From an uncultured Gammaproteobacteria bacterium (GTDB lineage: Bacteria; Pseudomonadota; Gammaproteobacteria; Steroidobacterales; UBA11654): a stretch of DNA of 64,000 nucleotides. The notes under the pieces were generated by a model. The model saw only the letters and a program-made list of their open reading frames with translations, ran no database searches and was not told the origin of the DNA. Each line of letters opens with the position of its first letter. Position 1 is the stretch's first letter. Below are positions 44,822 through 54,051 of the stretch, in pieces. Where the stretch lies: the NCBI GenBank assembly GCA_902595845.1, contig CACJRN010000001.1, positions 19,111 through 83,110 on the forward strand, written 5' to 3'. The position numbers and the translations under genes were made by a program.

Positions 44822-45402
44822 TGGCAGCTCTTCATTTTATATATTCGACAATGAATGCAGGTAAATCAACAGCACTATTGCAAGCTAGCCATGGTTATCG
44901 TGAAAGAGGTCTTGAGACCATGGTTTTTACGTCATCAAAGGATAACCGTTATGGTGAATCAGAAGTGGTATCAAGAGTTGGATTGAGAACTCCAGCTCAT
45001 ACTTATACTGAATCAGACGATATCTTGATGATGGTCCAAGATATGAATAAGAAGAATGAATTGAGTTGTGTGCTGATTGATGAGGCGCAATTTCTAAGCA
45101 AAGATCAAGTTGAGCAATTAGGAAAGATTGTCGATGAGATGAACATTACCGTAATGGCTTTTGGGATCAGAACAGACTTCCAGGGTGAATTATTTGAAGG
45201 AAGCAAGTATCTATTGGCTTGGGCGGATAGATTAAAAGAGTTACGTGCTGTTTGTCATTGCGGAAGTAAAGCAACCATGATCGTTCGCGTCAGCGAAGAT
45301 GGCTCAATTATTAGATCCGGTGAACAGGTTGAAATCGGAGGAAATGAAAGATACTTATCGCTTTGCCGAAAATGTTTTTACAAGGGGGCTATTGGCTCAT
45401 AG
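44821..45402 (+). CDS. tdk: Thymidine kinase
   Basis: The ATG at 44821 gives MAALHFIYSTMNAGKST (compare E. coli MAQLYFYYSAMNAGKST). C-terminal Cys pairs CHCG...CRKC. Confidence 0.93.
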   Translation: MAALHFIYSTMNAGKSTALLQASHGYRERGLETMVFTSSKDNRYGESEVVSRVGLRTPAHTYTESDDILMMVQDMNKKNELSCVLIDEAQFLSKDQVEQLGKIVDEMNITVMAFGIRTDFQGELFEGSKYLLAWADRLKELRAVCHCGSKATMIVRVSEDGSIIRSGEQVEIGGNERYLSLCRKCFYKGAIGS

Positions 45403-46659
45403 TCAGGAGATAATTCCTACCACCAATCCTGTAAAGCATGAAGCCAGAGTTGCCCCAATCAGTGCTTTTCCACTTACAGAAATCAAATCCCCTTTTCTAT
45501 CCGGAATCATTGTACCAATGCCACTGAGTAGGATTCCAACACTTGATAAATTTGCAAATCCACATAAAGCATAAAGCATGATGACTCTGCTTTTTTCAGA
45601 AAGTGCCGATGGATCAATTGAGGATAGATTGATATATGCTACAAATTCATTGAGTATAAATTTCACACCCAGAAGTGATCCTGCAAGCTGTATTTCAGAT
45701 GATGGTATGCCCATGCACCAAGCGATTGGTGCAAAAATCCATCCAGCAATCCTTTCAAGAGTGATTAATTCTCCAGCGACTTGAGGCAGAAGAGCTTCGA
45801 GACCAGTGTTCACAAGAGTAACAATTGTAATTAAAACAAGAAGCAGCGCCGCTATATTGAGAGTAATTTGCAGACCATCTTGAGTACCGCTAGTCAGTGC
45901 ATCCATTGTTCCTCGATATAGTTTAGATTGCTCAATCTCACTCTCATCTTCTGTTTTTATATCACTCGGTAGCATGATATTTGCATACATGATTGCAGCA
46001 GGAACCGAAATGATTGATGCAGTTAAAAAATGACCTATGAGATTTTCAGAATAGAGGCCAGACAGCATTGTCACAAAGACTACCATTACACCACCTGAGA
46101 TTGTTGACATTCCAACTGTCATGAGTACCAACAATTCATGTTTTGACATTTTGCTGAGATAGGGTCTGATCAAAAGAGGTGCTTCAACTTGCCCAAATAT
46201 TATGTTTGCGGTTGAACTCAAACCCACAGGGCCGCCCACATTGAGTGGTTTTTTGAAAAGTGTAGCTATCGCTTTGATAATTATTGGAAGAATCCTCCAG
46301 TGCCAAAAAATTGCTGAAAGCGCAGAAACAACTATGATCAACATTAATCCAGAGAAGATAAAAATATTTGCAAATGCTGGATCTATGACCTCAAATGGCT
46401 TAGGCGCTCCTTCTGCGAGATAACCAAATACAAAACCCGTGCCCTTATCTGTCGCATCTTTTAGAGCCAAAACACCCTTGGATAATGAGTTAAATGCATT
46501 TGTAATCGGAGGCACCTTAATAAGTAAAAAAGAGAGTACAAATTGAAGAGCTATGGCATTGAAAAGGTATAGAGGATTTATTTTTCTAAAATCTCTTGAG
46601 AAAACAGCACCCAGAAGAATCAGTATGATGCCGCCAATAACGATTTGAAGAATATCCAT
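45403..46659 (-). CDS. Concentrative nucleoside transporter (NupC/CNT family)
   Basis: 418-aa polytopic protein with the CNT-type C-terminal motif LCGFANLSSVGI. Its stop abuts the tdk stop with 0 nt between them. Confidence 0.8.
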   Translation of the reverse strand: MDILQIVIGGIILILLGAVFSRDFRKINPLYLFNAIALQFVLSFLLIKVPPITNAFNSLSKGVLALKDATDKGTGFVFGYLAEGAPKPFEVIDPAFANIFIFSGLMLIIVVSALSAIFWHWRILPIIIKAIATLFKKPLNVGGPVGLSSTANIIFGQVEAPLLIRPYLSKMSKHELLVLMTVGMSTISGGVMVVFVTMLSGLYSENLIGHFLTASIISVPAAIMYANIMLPSDIKTEDESEIEQSKLYRGTMDALTSGTQDGLQITLNIAALLLVLITIVTLVNTGLEALLPQVAGELITLERIAGWIFAPIAWCMGIPSSEIQLAGSLLGVKFILNEFVAYINLSSIDPSALSEKSRVIMLYALCGFANLSSVGILLSGIGTMIPDRKGDLISVSGKALIGATLASCFTGLVVGIIS

Positions 46660-46668
46660 CAGATTAGT

Positions 46669-47595
46669 TTACAACAATTTGATTTCATATAAACGCTGCT
46701 GCAGGAAATCATCAGCCATAATCCCTTCAGGATAAAGATCCGGATGCTCATCGTCTATGCATGAAGGTAATGTTTCGATGAGCCAATCAGGATTGGGATG
46801 TAAGAAGAAAGGGATAGAATAACGTGATGAGCCTTTCACAGCATCTGATGGGGTCGTAACCCGATGCAATACTGAGGGCAATCGATTATTGGTGAATCTT
46901 TCTAGCATATCACCCACATTGCAAACCACAGTGCTCTGAGGTGTATCTATTGGATACCAACTGTCATCTACGAGTATTTCTAAGCCGGGTTTATTCCCTC
47001 CTATAAGCAGAGTGATTAGGTTGATATCACCATGAGCACCAGCTCTTTCTCCTATATCTTCATCTGCAGGAGGGTAATGTATGGTTCTTAAGACACTATT
47101 GCCCTCGTTAATTTGTGAATCAAAGTAATTATTCTCCAGCCCTAAATATATCGCTATTGCTTCCATGAGTTGTTGCCCGAAACTGTCAAAAGCATCAAAA
47201 AGCTCAGTAACTGTTTTCTTGAATTCAGGAATTTCTTCGGCAACTATATTTTCAAACATATATTTTGTGTAGCGGTGACCATCCTCGAGATCTCTACCTG
47301 TTTGCCAAAACTCTTTTAAATCAGCATGTTCAGCACCTTTTGCTGTTTCAATTTTATAGGGCGTATAACCTCTCGCTCCCCCAATATTCTTTATAAAGTA
47401 TTTCATCTTGATGTCTTGTGGCAAAGCAAAGAACTCTTCAAACATTTTTATTGAGTCTGACACCATATGCTCAGGTATCGGGTGATCTTGTATCCCACAA
47501 AATCCTGTCGCTTTGTGATTCTTTCCCAATTGATCAGCAAATGCTTCCGGATCTTTGTCCCAAAGCTCATAACTGATTGTTTCAACAATGCTCAT
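46669..47595 (-). CDS. 2-oxoglutarate/Fe(II)-dependent oxygenase (isopenicillin-N-synthase-like family), substrate unknown
   Basis: 308 aa with an HxD facial-triad start (AHGD), a distal His (LHRV) and RYS (2OG-binding Arg-x-Ser). Confidence 0.8.
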   Translation of the reverse strand: MSIVETISYELWDKDPEAFADQLGKNHKATGFCGIQDHPIPEHMVSDSIKMFEEFFALPQDIKMKYFIKNIGGARGYTPYKIETAKGAEHADLKEFWQTGRDLEDGHRYTKYMFENIVAEEIPEFKKTVTELFDAFDSFGQQLMEAIAIYLGLENNYFDSQINEGNSVLRTIHYPPADEDIGERAGAHGDINLITLLIGGNKPGLEILVDDSWYPIDTPQSTVVCNVGDMLERFTNNRLPSVLHRVTTPSDAVKGSSRYSIPFFLHPNPDWLIETLPSCIDDEHPDLYPEGIMADDFLQQRLYEIKLL

Positions 47596-47597
47596 AG

Positions 47598-48053
47598 TCA
47601 GAGTTTTGTGGGATTGGGTGCGTCTCCATAAACGTCATCAGGGTCAAAAACCTTTTCAGTATCAGTGAATTCAAGTTGCACTTTTTCCTCATTAGAAATA
47701 ATTTTCCGATAAAAACAGCTTCTGTAACCAACATGACAACTTGCACCACCCATGACTTTTACTTTGGCCCAAATAGTATCTTGATCATCATCAATCATGA
47801 GCTCATCTACATTCTGAAAAAAACCACTGGTTGCTCCTTTGTGCCAGATGACTTTCCTGCTTCTGCTAAAGTAATGCATTTGACCAGTAATGATTGTTTT
47901 CTCAAGTGCTTCGTGATTCATATAGCCATGCATCAATAACTCTCCAGATTCGACATCTGTAGTGACAACTGGTATCAAACCATCAACATCAAACTTGGGG
48001 GCTAATCCAGTTCCTTCTTCTACTTCCTCAATACTGAGTCTTTCCTGAAACAT
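47598..48053 (-). CDS. hisI: Phosphoribosyl-AMP cyclohydrolase (monofunctional HisI)
   Basis: 151 aa with [25 protein letters not shown] and [14 protein letters not shown], typical of HisI. No HisE domain is attached. Confidence 0.88.
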   Translation of the reverse strand: MFQERLSIEEVEEGTGLAPKFDVDGLIPVVTTDVESGELLMHGYMNHEALEKTIITGQMHYFSRSRKVIWHKGATSGFFQNVDELMIDDDQDTIWAKVKVMGGASCHVGYRSCFYRKIISNEEKVQLEFTDTEKVFDPDDVYGDAPNPTKL

Positions 48054-48136
48054 CTTTTATTTAATCCACTAATGACCAAAGAATCTAATTAAAACATTAG
48101 GTATTATAACTTTCATAAATGCAATAAAAACCAAAA

Positions 48137-49492
48137 ATGAAGATCAAACTCTACAATTCAAACACCAAGAGCAAAGAGCTATTTGTTCCCATTGACCCCA
48201 AAAAGGTCACAATGTATGTCTGTGGACCCACAGTATATAGTTATCCTCATATTGGAAATGCGAGAGGTCCTGTCATATTCGATGTTCTAGCAAGGCTTTT
48301 AAGGAGGGAATTTGATCTCACGTACATCAGGAATATAACAGACCTAGACGACAAAATTTATCAGGCAGCTGATGATGAGGGCGTGCATATTTCTGAAGTT
48401 ACACAGCGTTATACAAAAATTTATCAAGAAGACATGACTGCCTTAGGTGTTGAAAAACCAGATTTAGAGCCATTAGCAACAGAGCATATTCCTGAGATGA
48501 TTGAAATGATTCAGGTATTAATTGATAAAAAGCATGCATATGAGAGTCAAGGCCATGTTTTTTTCAGTGTAGAGACATTTGATGATTATGGTTTCCTTTC
48601 TAATCGAACAGAAGAAGAACAGATTTCAGGAACAAGAATAAAATCTTCAGAAATAAAAAATAATCAAAGGGACTTTGTACTCTGGAAGCCATCCACTGGG
48701 GAAACTCCTGGTTGGGATAGTCCTTGGGGTTTTGGAAGACCTGGTTGGCATCTTGAATGCTCAGCAATGGCAAAGAAATATTTAGGAAGAACATTGGATA
48801 TTCATGGTGGTGGAAGTGACCTTTTGTTTCCTCATCATGAGAACGAATGTGCGCAGAGCATGTGCTCACATTCAGGAGAACCACTCGCAAACTATTGGGT
48901 CCATAATGGAATGATCGATTTTGATAACGTAAAGATGTCAAAATCTGAAGGCAATCTTTTGCTTATTCGAGATCTCCTAAAAGAAATCAGACCAGAGGTC
49001 ATACGAATGGCATTTTTAACCACACACTATCGTAAACCAATCAATTGGAATGATGCATTGATCAGTGATTCAGGGAAGAAGCTTGATCGCTTGTATGGCT
49101 CGATCAGACAATTGGGGAAGATCTCACCAGGAGAGCCCTCAGAAGAAGTTTTGAATGCAATTGCAGATGATATCAATACGCCCAAGGCACTGAGTGAACT
49201 TTTTGCAATAGTAAAAAATATCAATAATGCAAAATCAGATGAAGAGTCTAGAAAATTGGCATCAATTTTAATTGGGTCAGCTCATTTATTGGGTTTGATG
49301 AATCAAGATGCAGAAATATGGTTTGAAAACATCGAAGTTGATAAGGCATTAATTGATCATCTTTTGACTGAGAGAGAGGCAGCAAGGTCCAATAGAAATT
49401 TTGAACGAGCTGATCAAATTAGACAAGAGATCGAGTCACTCGGTGTAACAATAGAAGATGGTCCAGAAGGACCAGTTTGGAAGAAACTATAA
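48137..49492 (+). CDS. cysS: Cysteine--tRNA ligase
   Basis: 451 aa with CGPTVYSYPHIGNARG and KMSKS motifs. Confidence 0.96.
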   Translation: MKIKLYNSNTKSKELFVPIDPKKVTMYVCGPTVYSYPHIGNARGPVIFDVLARLLRREFDLTYIRNITDLDDKIYQAADDEGVHISEVTQRYTKIYQEDMTALGVEKPDLEPLATEHIPEMIEMIQVLIDKKHAYESQGHVFFSVETFDDYGFLSNRTEEEQISGTRIKSSEIKNNQRDFVLWKPSTGETPGWDSPWGFGRPGWHLECSAMAKKYLGRTLDIHGGGSDLLFPHHENECAQSMCSHSGEPLANYWVHNGMIDFDNVKMSKSEGNLLLIRDLLKEIRPEVIRMAFLTTHYRKPINWNDALISDSGKKLDRLYGSIRQLGKISPGEPSEEVLNAIADDINTPKALSELFAIVKNINNAKSDEESRKLASILIGSAHLLGLMNQDAEIWFENIEVDKALIDHLLTEREAARSNRNFERADQIRQEIESLGVTIEDGPEGPVWKKL

Positions 49493-49495
49493 GCA

Positions 49496-49909
49496 ATGGA
49501 ATCATTGGAAGAAATTCAACAATCCATTTCTGAAGAGTTTGAAATTTTTGATACTTGGATGGAAAAATATGAATACATTATCGATCTGGGTAAAAAGTTG
49601 GAAAATTTTCCAAGTGACCAAATGATCGATGAAAATAAAGTGCATGGCTGTCAATCGAGTGTTTGGTTTGTGACTTCATTAGAGGATGGTTTATTCAGAT
49701 GTAAAGCAACCAGTGATTCTGCAATTGTTTCCGGGCTTATAGCCTTACTGTTGAGAATATATGACAATCAGAAGCCTTCAGAAATTATAGAAACACAGCC
49801 AAAGTTTATTTCCATGATTGGCTTAAATGAACACTTGAGCCCAACAAGAAACAATGGTCTGAACTTAATGATCGCCAGAATCAAGAAAGATGCTGGCATG
49901 ATGACCTAA
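49496..49909 (+). CDS. SufE/CsdE-family sulfur acceptor protein
   Basis: 137 aa with the conserved active-site context [10 protein letters not shown]. Confidence 0.82.
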   Translation: MESLEEIQQSISEEFEIFDTWMEKYEYIIDLGKKLENFPSDQMIDENKVHGCQSSVWFVTSLEDGLFRCKATSDSAIVSGLIALLLRIYDNQKPSEIIETQPKFISMIGLNEHLSPTRNNGLNLMIARIKKDAGMMT

Positions 49910-49919
49910 GAAGTCCTTT

Positions 49920-50153
49920 ATGAAGCAAGTCATTATCTTCTATCAAAAGTTTATATCTCCATATTTCCCTGCTTCTTGTAGATATTTTCCAACGTGTTCC
50001 CAATACGCAATTGAGGCCATTGATCAACATGGATCCATCAAAGGATCCATTCTCATGATATTGAGAATCCTAAGATGTAACCCATTTTTCAGTGGAGGCC
50101 ATGATCCAGTTCCAGAAAAATTTCAAATTCTGAGAAATTCCAGAGATAATTAA
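49920..50153 (+). CDS. yidD: Membrane protein insertion efficiency factor YidD
   Basis: 77 aa with the signature [12 protein letters not shown]. Confidence 0.9.
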   Translation: MKQVIIFYQKFISPYFPASCRYFPTCSQYAIEAIDQHGSIKGSILMILRILRCNPFFSGGHDPVPEKFQILRNSRDN

Positions 50154-50166
50154 TGATCTATTATCA

Positions 50167-51168
50167 ATGATTAAGCAAATTGAAGAAAAAGAATTCCATC
50201 AAATGTATTTGATCCATGGAGCAGAAGACCTACTCATTCTTGAGGCACAAGACGAAATCCGAAGTAATGCATATAATCTTGGTTTTACAGAACGCTCCAG
50301 ATTCTATTTTGATGCAAGATCAAACTGGGATGGGGTTTTTGCAGAATTGAAAAGCCCATCACTTTTCGCTGAAAAAAAGATCATTGAGATCAATCTACCT
50401 TTGGGCAGACCTGGTAAAACGGGTTCTGTTGCTTTATTGGAGTTGATGGAAATAATCACAGATGATCATCTTTTGATTTTGATCTGTGGGAAATTAGAAA
50501 AGAGTATAACCAATACAAAATGGTTTAAGGCTTTTTCTGCTAGGGCTCAAGTTATAGAATGCAAGAAAGTATATCCCTCACAAATGGGCGGATGGATCTC
50601 AAGGAGATTAAGAGATAAGGGGCTCTCTATCGACAAGGATGCATTGGCTATGTTTGTGGCACTGACCGAAGGCAATCTCTTTGCTGCGATGCAGTCCATT
50701 GATCGTCTCATGCTAATGGGGATTGATCAGAGAGTTTCTCTTGAGGACGTAAATGACTGTGTAGCCGACGGGGCTCATTTTGATCTTTTTCAGCTGACTG
50801 ACGCAGCTATTTCCAGTAATAGCACAAGAACATTTAATATATTCAAGCGTCTTCAAAAAGAGGGGATGCAACCTTTTGAAGTCATGCGAGTTATTAATTG
50901 GGAAATAAAAAATTTATTCAGTATGAGCTTGGATATCTCTTGCGGTAATTCTATTAAGCAAAGCATGAATCGAGCCAAAATCTGGCAAAGTAAGCAGCAA
51001 CTGATCGGTAATTTTCTCAATCAAGTGAACCATCAATATATGGAATCAATTTTGGGACAAGCATGTTCTGTTGACAAAGTGATCAAAGGAGCAGCAGCTG
51101 GTAATTCATGGGACGAAATTGGAAGGCTTTTATATATGATTGCTAACCCTATGAGGAAAACAGCATGA
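50167..51168 (+). CDS. holA: DNA polymerase III subunit delta
   Basis: 333 aa. Length and N-terminal pattern (YLIHGAEDLL...) fit HolA. It sits immediately upstream of rsfS-rlmH. Based on family resemblance and synteny only. Confidence 0.75.
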   Translation: MIKQIEEKEFHQMYLIHGAEDLLILEAQDEIRSNAYNLGFTERSRFYFDARSNWDGVFAELKSPSLFAEKKIIEINLPLGRPGKTGSVALLELMEIITDDHLLILICGKLEKSITNTKWFKAFSARAQVIECKKVYPSQMGGWISRRLRDKGLSIDKDALAMFVALTEGNLFAAMQSIDRLMLMGIDQRVSLEDVNDCVADGAHFDLFQLTDAAISSNSTRTFNIFKRLQKEGMQPFEVMRVINWEIKNLFSMSLDISCGNSIKQSMNRAKIWQSKQQLIGNFLNQVNHQYMESILGQACSVDKVIKGAAAGNSWDEIGRLLYMIANPMRKTA

Positions 51169-51512
51169 CAGATCAGACCATACTAGATCTAACTATGGTG
51201 GTATTGGATGATATGAAGGCCATCGATGTGCATGCAATTGACGTAAGAGAATTAACCTCGATCAGTGATCACATGATTTTTTGTACTGGTACTTCTAATC
51301 GGCATGCCCGTTCCATTATTGACCGAGTAGTTGAAAGAATGAAAGAAATCAATATGCCAGTATTGGGAATTGAAGGTTATGAGTCAGGCCAATGGGTATT
51401 AATTGATCTTGGAGATGCTATTCTTCACGTAATGCTTAGTGAAGTCAGAGAGTTTTATAAATTGGAAGATTTATGGAGTATCGGGACAGAATTTTCGTTC
51501 AATGAAAATTAA
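51165..51512 (+). CDS. rsfS: Ribosome silencing factor RsfS
   Basis: 115 aa with DHMIFCTGTSNRHARSI and the WVLIDLGDAILHVM motif. Confidence 0.9.
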   Translation: MTDQTILDLTMVVLDDMKAIDVHAIDVRELTSISDHMIFCTGTSNRHARSIIDRVVERMKEINMPVLGIEGYESGQWVLIDLGDAILHVMLSEVREFYKLEDLWSIGTEFSFNEN

Positions 51513-51969
51513 AATCATCACTGTCACAGGTAAGAAAAATCAATTCAAGAATGAAATTGATAGATATCTCAAGATGTTGCCACCCTTTATGAAAGTCGAG
51601 CAGATAGAATTACCCATCTCTAAACGATCAAAACAGAAAGTGGCCCATCAAAATCTTGAAGAAGAATGCAGCAAAATCCTTAGCAACTTAGATGCTTCAA
51701 ATTTTGTCATAGCAATGGATGAAAAAGGCAAGCAAATAGATACGATACAATTTTCAAAATGGCTTAAGAAATGGATGGATGAGGGCGCTGAACCAGTTTT
51801 TGTAATTGGTGGACCTGATGGCTTAGCCAAATCAGTGAAAGAAAGAGGAAATGTTTCACTTTCTTTATCTAGCCTAACTTATGTGCACAGCATGGTCCCC
51901 TTGATTTTGGCAGAGCAGCTCTATAGAGCATGGTCTATTATTGATAATCAGCCTTATCATCGTCCATGA
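51502..51969 (+). CDS. rlmH: 23S rRNA (pseudouridine1915-N3)-methyltransferase RlmH
   Basis: The in-frame ATG at 51502 gives MKIKIITVTGK..., a 155-aa SPOUT protein with IGGPDGL. The listed start at 51439 overlaps rsfS by 74 nt and is unlikely. Confidence 0.9.
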   Translation: MKIKIITVTGKKNQFKNEIDRYLKMLPPFMKVEQIELPISKRSKQKVAHQNLEEECSKILSNLDASNFVIAMDEKGKQIDTIQFSKWLKKWMDEGAEPVFVIGGPDGLAKSVKERGNVSLSLSSLTYVHSMVPLILAEQLYRAWSIIDNQPYHRP

Positions 51970-52030
51970 GTTCATGTTCTTTTCATAATTGCTGAGTATA
52001 ATTTCTCTAAAACTTAGTTAACCAAGAAGA

Positions 52031-53209
52031 ATGATCAAATCCATAATTTCAATTTTATTCAAGATTGCGCTTTCATTAATGATTGTTTCGATTCTTGCTC
52101 TTGGGGGAATTATTTTTGCTTTGTCCTTTGGTAAAACTGAAATTGAAGATAAATTGAATGAATTGGTTTTAGAAAATAGGCTCGAGATAGTTGAGATTGT
52201 AGAGAAGCGTCTATCGCTTGATTTTGAATACCAAAGCTTAATCGTTTCTTATAAGAAACATTCAATTGTAAATTTTAAGATTCAATTTTCTTTTAGAGAT
52301 GTGCAGATGGCACAGACCAATGACCCATTGCCCGTATACATTGATGAACTCAATATCGAAATTGATCCTATAAAATCGATTATTAATCAAATACCAGCCA
52401 TCACAGCAATCATCATCAATGGCAGCGAGATTCAATTCAGCCATAATGTTGACAATGGCTATATGATTAACAGTATTCCAATCACTCAATTTAGGCTCCC
52501 TAAGAGGAAGGGATTCAAAAGACCTTCATTGGAGCTAAAGTCCATTTCTGCAAGGGCAATTGATATAGAGCATCTACAAGCCACGGTTGGTCTCACTGAT
52601 GTTATCGAAAGTGATGATGCTTCATTTAGTTTAAATCTTAAATGGGATGAGGTTCCAAGAAAACAAGAGGTATTATTTGCTGACGGAAATATAGAAATTT
52701 TAATTATGGATGGGGTTATAAATACCAAGGAATCTGTGCCTGGGAAAGCATTATCCATTTTTAGCTTTTCTCAATTACCAAAGCGTTTTTTGCTAAATTT
52801 TGAAGATGTCCTGGATGAGGGATTGGTCTTTGACTATATCAAGGGGGAATTATTGCTCCAAGACAGGACAGCATTTACTTGCAATCTTTCATTGAATACT
52901 AAGACAGTAGATGTCTTAATTATTGGCACATCAGATCTTGAGAACAGAACTTATGATCAAACCATGATTATTGATCCAGATGTATCTGATATTTTGACTG
53001 GTGGAGCAGCAGTTCTAGCTGGCCCTGCTGCTGCTGCATCAATGTTTATATTGTCAAAGATATTGAGCAGACCAGATGAAGATACATTGAGCTACTTTAA
53101 TATCTCAGGTGAATGGAAAAAGCCAGAATTGATAACTATACAAAGAGATGAGATTGATCGGACATTGATAGACAATTGTGATCAATTTCTTCCGGACGAA
53201 TCCAATTAA
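52031..53209 (+). CDS. Miniature YhdP/AsmA-like protein (N-terminal TM anchor plus YhdP-like C-terminus)
   Basis: 392 aa with one N-terminal TM helix. The C-terminal segment GGAAVLAGPAAAASMFILSKIL...YFNISGEWKKPEL resembles the YhdP-family C-terminus as I recall it. It sits upstream of C-N hydrolase and tldD, as YhdP does in Pseudomonas. Confidence 0.5.
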   Translation: MIKSIISILFKIALSLMIVSILALGGIIFALSFGKTEIEDKLNELVLENRLEIVEIVEKRLSLDFEYQSLIVSYKKHSIVNFKIQFSFRDVQMAQTNDPLPVYIDELNIEIDPIKSIINQIPAITAIIINGSEIQFSHNVDNGYMINSIPITQFRLPKRKGFKRPSLELKSISARAIDIEHLQATVGLTDVIESDDASFSLNLKWDEVPRKQEVLFADGNIEILIMDGVINTKESVPGKALSIFSFSQLPKRFLLNFEDVLDEGLVFDYIKGELLLQDRTAFTCNLSLNTKTVDVLIIGTSDLENRTYDQTMIIDPDVSDILTGGAAVLAGPAAAASMFILSKILSRPDEDTLSYFNISGEWKKPELITIQRDEIDRTLIDNCDQFLPDESN

Positions 53210-53228
53210 TTGACCATATTTTACTGAA

Positions 53229-54032
53229 ATGAAAATCGCAGCCATCCAAATGAATTCAAGTGATCAGGTCAATTCAAACTTGATGAAAGCAAAGTCATTA
53301 TTGTCTGCAGCGAGTGATGCAGGTGCAGATGCTTGTTTTTTACCAGAGAACTTTGCATTCATGGGGCATCCAAAAGAACTACTCAACTCAGTTATGGAAG
53401 ACGAGGAGAGTGGCATCATCCAGACTGAGATTTCAAATATAGCCAAAGAATTAAAAATATGGATCATTGCAGGATCAATTCCAATCAGAGACTCAGAGAC
53501 GGGTAAGGCATTTTCAAGATCAATCACATTTAATGATGATGGTGAGATCGTGGGACACTATGACAAAGTTCATCTTTTTGATGTTGAAGTCAATGGGAAG
53601 AAATACCATGAATCCGAAGCATTCAATGCTGGAGTTCAGCCTAGATCCATCTCAACTCCTTGGTTCAAAATGGGACTATCAATTTGCTATGACCTCAGGT
53701 TCCCAGAGCTTTATCGATCTGAAGAATTCACAGATGTAGAGTTGATCAGTGTTCCATCTGCTTTTACAAAAGAAACCGGAGAGGCACATTGGTTGACGTT
53801 ATTACAATCAAGAGCAATTGAAAATCTGGCTTATGTTATTGCTCCCAATCAATGGGGCGAACATTATGGGTCAAGAGAGACTTTTGGTCACAGCGTTATT
53901 ATTGACCCATGGGGTAAAATAATAGAACTTATAAAAGATGGGGAAGGATTTGTGCTTGCAGAAATTGATACTGAGGGTCTACAATCAATTCGCAAAAAAT
54001 TTCCTGCATTGGGCCATCGAAAAATAAAATAA
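53229..54032 (+). CDS. Carbon-nitrogen hydrolase family protein (nitrilase superfamily)
   Basis: 267 aa with Glu-Lys-Cys triad context: FLPENF, YDKVHLFD, GLSICYDLRFPE. Confidence 0.85.
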   Translation: MKIAAIQMNSSDQVNSNLMKAKSLLSAASDAGADACFLPENFAFMGHPKELLNSVMEDEESGIIQTEISNIAKELKIWIIAGSIPIRDSETGKAFSRSITFNDDGEIVGHYDKVHLFDVEVNGKKYHESEAFNAGVQPRSISTPWFKMGLSICYDLRFPELYRSEEFTDVELISVPSAFTKETGEAHWLTLLQSRAIENLAYVIAPNQWGEHYGSRETFGHSVIIDPWGKIIELIKDGEGFVLAEIDTEGLQSIRKKFPALGHRKIK

Positions 54033-54051
54033 TTGAGAAATATATAACCAA

